In this document: positions 52,118 to 53,860 of the stretch, piece after piece | How the letters are laid out: every line of letters starts with the position of its first letter | Position numbering within the stretch: position 1 is the stretch's first letter | Origin: Acidobacteriota bacterium | GTDB lineage: Bacteria > Acidobacteriota > Vicinamibacteria > Vicinamibacterales > JACPPN01 | Reading direction: 5' to 3' | DNA length: 53,860 nucleotides | Assembly: GCA_016190995.1 (NCBI GenBank) | Contig: JACPPN010000241.1 | Location: forward strand, 1-53,860 | The notes under the pieces: generated by a model | Database searches by the model: none | Told to the model about the DNA's origin: nothing | What the model saw: the letters and a program-made list of their open reading frames with translations, nothing else | Translations under genes and position numbers: made by a program

Positions 52118-52582
52118 TCACGACTCCTCGGTCCCGCGTTCGCCGCCGGATGGGGGCGCGGGAATGCGGGGCTCGGTAACGGCGCGCCGGCTCTCATCCA
52201 TCGCGAGATTGGCGAGCCGGTCAGCCTCGGCGTTGCGGGTGCGCGGCACATGTTCGAAGGTGACGCGTCCCAATCGCATCACGAGCTCTCGCGCCTGGTG
52301 ATGCAAAGGCCGCAGTCCGGGATGACGCACCTTGTACTCGCCTCGCATCTGCTTCACGATCAGCTCCGAATCGGAGCGCACCGCAACGTCGCGGTGGCCG
52401 CGGTCGACGGCATATCGCAGCGCCGCGAGCAGGCCTTGATACTCCGCGTAGTTGTTGGTCGCGATGCCGAGCGCGCCGCGCAACTCGTCGAGGAGAAGGC
52501 CGTCGGGGCTCTCGACGCGGACGCCATAGCCGGCGGGTCCGGGGTTCCCGCGGGCGCCACCATCGACGTAGACGACGATCAT
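52118..52582 (-). CDS. rnhA: Ribonuclease HI
   Basis: The ATG at 52582 forms an ATGA overlap with the upstream stop. 'VVYVDGGARGNPGPAGYG', 'ATNNYAEYQGLLAAL', 'VRSDSELIVKQM' and 'RNAEADRLANLAMD' contain the DEDD catalytic residues. Confidence 0.85.
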   Translation of the reverse strand: MIVVYVDGGARGNPGPAGYGVRVESPDGLLLDELRGALGIATNNYAEYQGLLAALRYAVDRGHRDVAVRSDSELIVKQMRGEYKVRHPGLRPLHHQARELVMRLGRVTFEHVPRTRNAEADRLANLAMDESRRAVTEPRIPAPPSGGERGTEES

Positions 52583-53298
52583 GCGGCCGTGGTCGCGGAG
52601 GTGAAGTAGAGAATGCGCTGGCAGCTGTCGCACTGGATCAGCGCGTCGTTGCGGCGTATTTCGTTGAAGACCTGCGGGCGCAGTCGGACGTGACAGATGG
52701 TGCAAAGCCCGTTGCGCGCCTCGGCCACAGCAATGCCCCTTCGCAATCGCGCCACGTGCTCGAACAGCGCGAGCGCCGACGGGCTGAGCTCGCTGACGAT
52801 CGCGGCCCGGGACGTTCCGGCGCCCGCGAGCTGCTGCCCGAGACGGGCCCGCTCTTGGTCGATCGCCGTCCGCTCGCGCGCCGCCTCCGCCTGCTCGGCA
52901 GCGAACTCAGCTTCCTGCTGCTTGAGCGCCGCCGTCAGGTCGTCAGCCTCAATCATCAGCTCCAGGATGCAATCCTCGAAGGACCGGACCTCGTGCTCGC
53001 CCGTCGCGATCTCCTTCTGCACCGCCTGGTACTCCTTGTTGGTCTTTACCTCCATCAGCTGATCTTTGAATTTCGTCAGGCGTCCCTGCACGACGCTCAG
53101 GTCTTTCTCGACACTGCGGCGGCGGGCCTGATTGTCGGAGAGCCGCTGACGGCATGCGCCGAGCTCAGCGCTGCGTGTCACGATCCTTGTGTCGATGGCT
53201 TCGAGCCGTTGCGGTATCTCGGCGATGGCGCGACGCCACTGCTCGGTGGCGTTCTCGAGCTCCTGCAGACGAATCAGGCGTTCCAGGTCTGGCAGCAT
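52579..53298 (-). CDS. Coiled-coil protein with C-terminal C4 zinc ribbon (COG1579/DUF164-type)
   Basis: A long heptad-rich region is followed by 'CTICHVRLRPQVFNEIRRNDALIQCDSCQRILY' (CxxC...CxxC). It is translationally coupled to rnhA, an arrangement known for this family. Confidence 0.8.
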   Translation of the reverse strand: MLPDLERLIRLQELENATEQWRRAIAEIPQRLEAIDTRIVTRSAELGACRQRLSDNQARRRSVEKDLSVVQGRLTKFKDQLMEVKTNKEYQAVQKEIATGEHEVRSFEDCILELMIEADDLTAALKQQEAEFAAEQAEAARERTAIDQERARLGQQLAGAGTSRAAIVSELSPSALALFEHVARLRRGIAVAEARNGLCTICHVRLRPQVFNEIRRNDALIQCDSCQRILYFTSATTAA

Positions 53299-53304
53299 GG
53301 CACC

Positions 53305-53335
53305 AAGAAAAAAGGCCCCGTCAACGCGGGGCCTT
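53305..53335 (-). terminator. Rho-independent terminator (reads on the minus strand)
   Basis: The stem is 53312-53320 'aaggccccg' paired with 53327-53335 'cggggcctt', with a 6-nt loop. On the minus strand it is followed by 'ttttttctt' (complement of 53305-53313). Confidence 0.7.
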
Positions 53336-53519
53336 GGGCAGAAGGATCTGCATGGAATTGGACGGGGGGCTGCGCGCCGATCGATCGATCGATGGCGAAC
53401 ACGCCGGCGGAGGGTATGAATCGTGCCATCGGCACTGTCTCACCACTCAGGACCCGTCGCGGGGAGCATCACGAGATACCGGTTGCCCAGACCAAGCTCG
53501 CCCGAAGGTGCGCGAAGTC

Positions 53520-53595
53520 TGGTGGGCCCACCAGGATTCGAACCTGGAACGAACCGGTTATGAGCCGGTGGCTCTGACCGTTGAGCTATGGGCCC
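53520..53595 (-). tRNA. tRNA with CAU anticodon (elongator tRNA-Met, or tRNA-Ile2 if lysidine-modified), CCA encoded
   Basis: The reverse complement is 'GGGCCCATAGCTCAACGGTCAGAGCCACCGGCTCATAACCGGTTCGTTCCAGGTTCGAATCCTGGTGGGCCCACCA' (76 nt). It has a 7-bp acceptor stem, the T-loop GGTTCGAATCC and the anticodon loop CTCATAA. A G1-C72 pair argues against an initiator tRNA. Confidence 0.9.
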
Positions 53596-53709
53596 GTTCC
53601 GCACGGTGATTGAAGATTGACGAATGGCGAGGAGCGCGCGGGGGCACGTGCCGCGTCATTCACGACGTATTGTTCAATCGTCGATGATCAACCGTCAACC
53701 ATCAAATCG

Positions 53710-53860
53710 TCAGGTCCTGCCCTCGAGGAATGCCCGCAGCTTGCGGCTGCGCGACGGGTGCCGCAGTTTGCGCAGCGCCTTCGCCTCGATCTGGCGGATG
53801 CGCTCGCGCGTGACGGCAAAGCTCTGGCCCACTTCCTCCAGCGTGTGCTCGCTGCCGTCC
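53710..53860 (-). CDS. rpoD: Primary sigma-70 factor RpoD, 3' end only (region 4.2); gene continues beyond the window
   Basis: The minus-strand translation is '...[49 protein letters not shown]' with a TGA at 53710-53712. This is almost identical to the canonical RpoD region 4.2. Confidence 0.85.
   Translation of the reverse strand, partial: DGSEHTLEEVGQSFAVTRERIRQIEAKALRKLRHPSRSRKLRAFLEGRT

Noticed and set aside
53299-53709. tRNA-adjacent region inspected for an integrase, att repeats or a genomic-island boundary
   Set aside because: There is no integrase or recombinase ORF, and I saw no direct repeat of the tRNA 3' end. The flanking genes are housekeeping (rpoD, rnhA).

Overview
High-GC bacterial chromosomal window. 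I saw no rRNA, CRISPR array, transposase or integrase. It has three parts. (1) 141-29768 is a roughly 30 kb envelope-glycan island, almost entirely on the minus strand, with many 1-4 nt start/stop overlaps. It holds four Dpm1/GtrB/ArnC-like GT2 enzymes and four large polytopic GT-C (PMT/ArnT-like) membrane proteins, one of them fused to a Wzx-type flippase. It also encodes two GT4, one GT9 and a TagF/KpsC-like GT-B protein, sugar-nucleotide tailoring enzymes (ArnA-decarboxylase-like SDR, a second SDR, a DegT aminotransferase, a SAM methyltransferase, a radical-SAM/SPASM enzyme, an SGNH protein), a secreted HEAT-repeat protein, and a secreted protein of up to 1008 aa (968 aa from the preferred ATG at 8244) with repeat/Calx-beta/5xIPT domains. 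(2) 29942-48355 is ychF transcribed divergently from a complete dcw cluster: mraZ-rsmH-ftsL-ftsI-murE-murF-mraY-(small Cys ORF)-murD-(structured 270-nt spacer)-ftsW-murG-murC-ftsQ-ftsA-ftsZ. A near-consensus promoter and three phased GTGGA boxes sit in front of mraZ. (3) 48624-53860 contains a TIGR03960-like radical SAM gene, a small SpoVG-like ORF, acpS, pgeF, rnhA, a COG1579 zinc-ribbon gene, an intrinsic terminator, tRNA-Met(CAU) and the 3' end of rpoD. The best candidate for an undescribed system is the glycosylation island, read as paired lipid-sugar synthases and GT-C transferases with a possible encoded glycoprotein substrate. That reading is inference from motifs only. All family calls come from reading the translations; no database search was possible. 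Many long Arg/Pro-rich ORFs in the track are high-GC shadow frames and were rejected.
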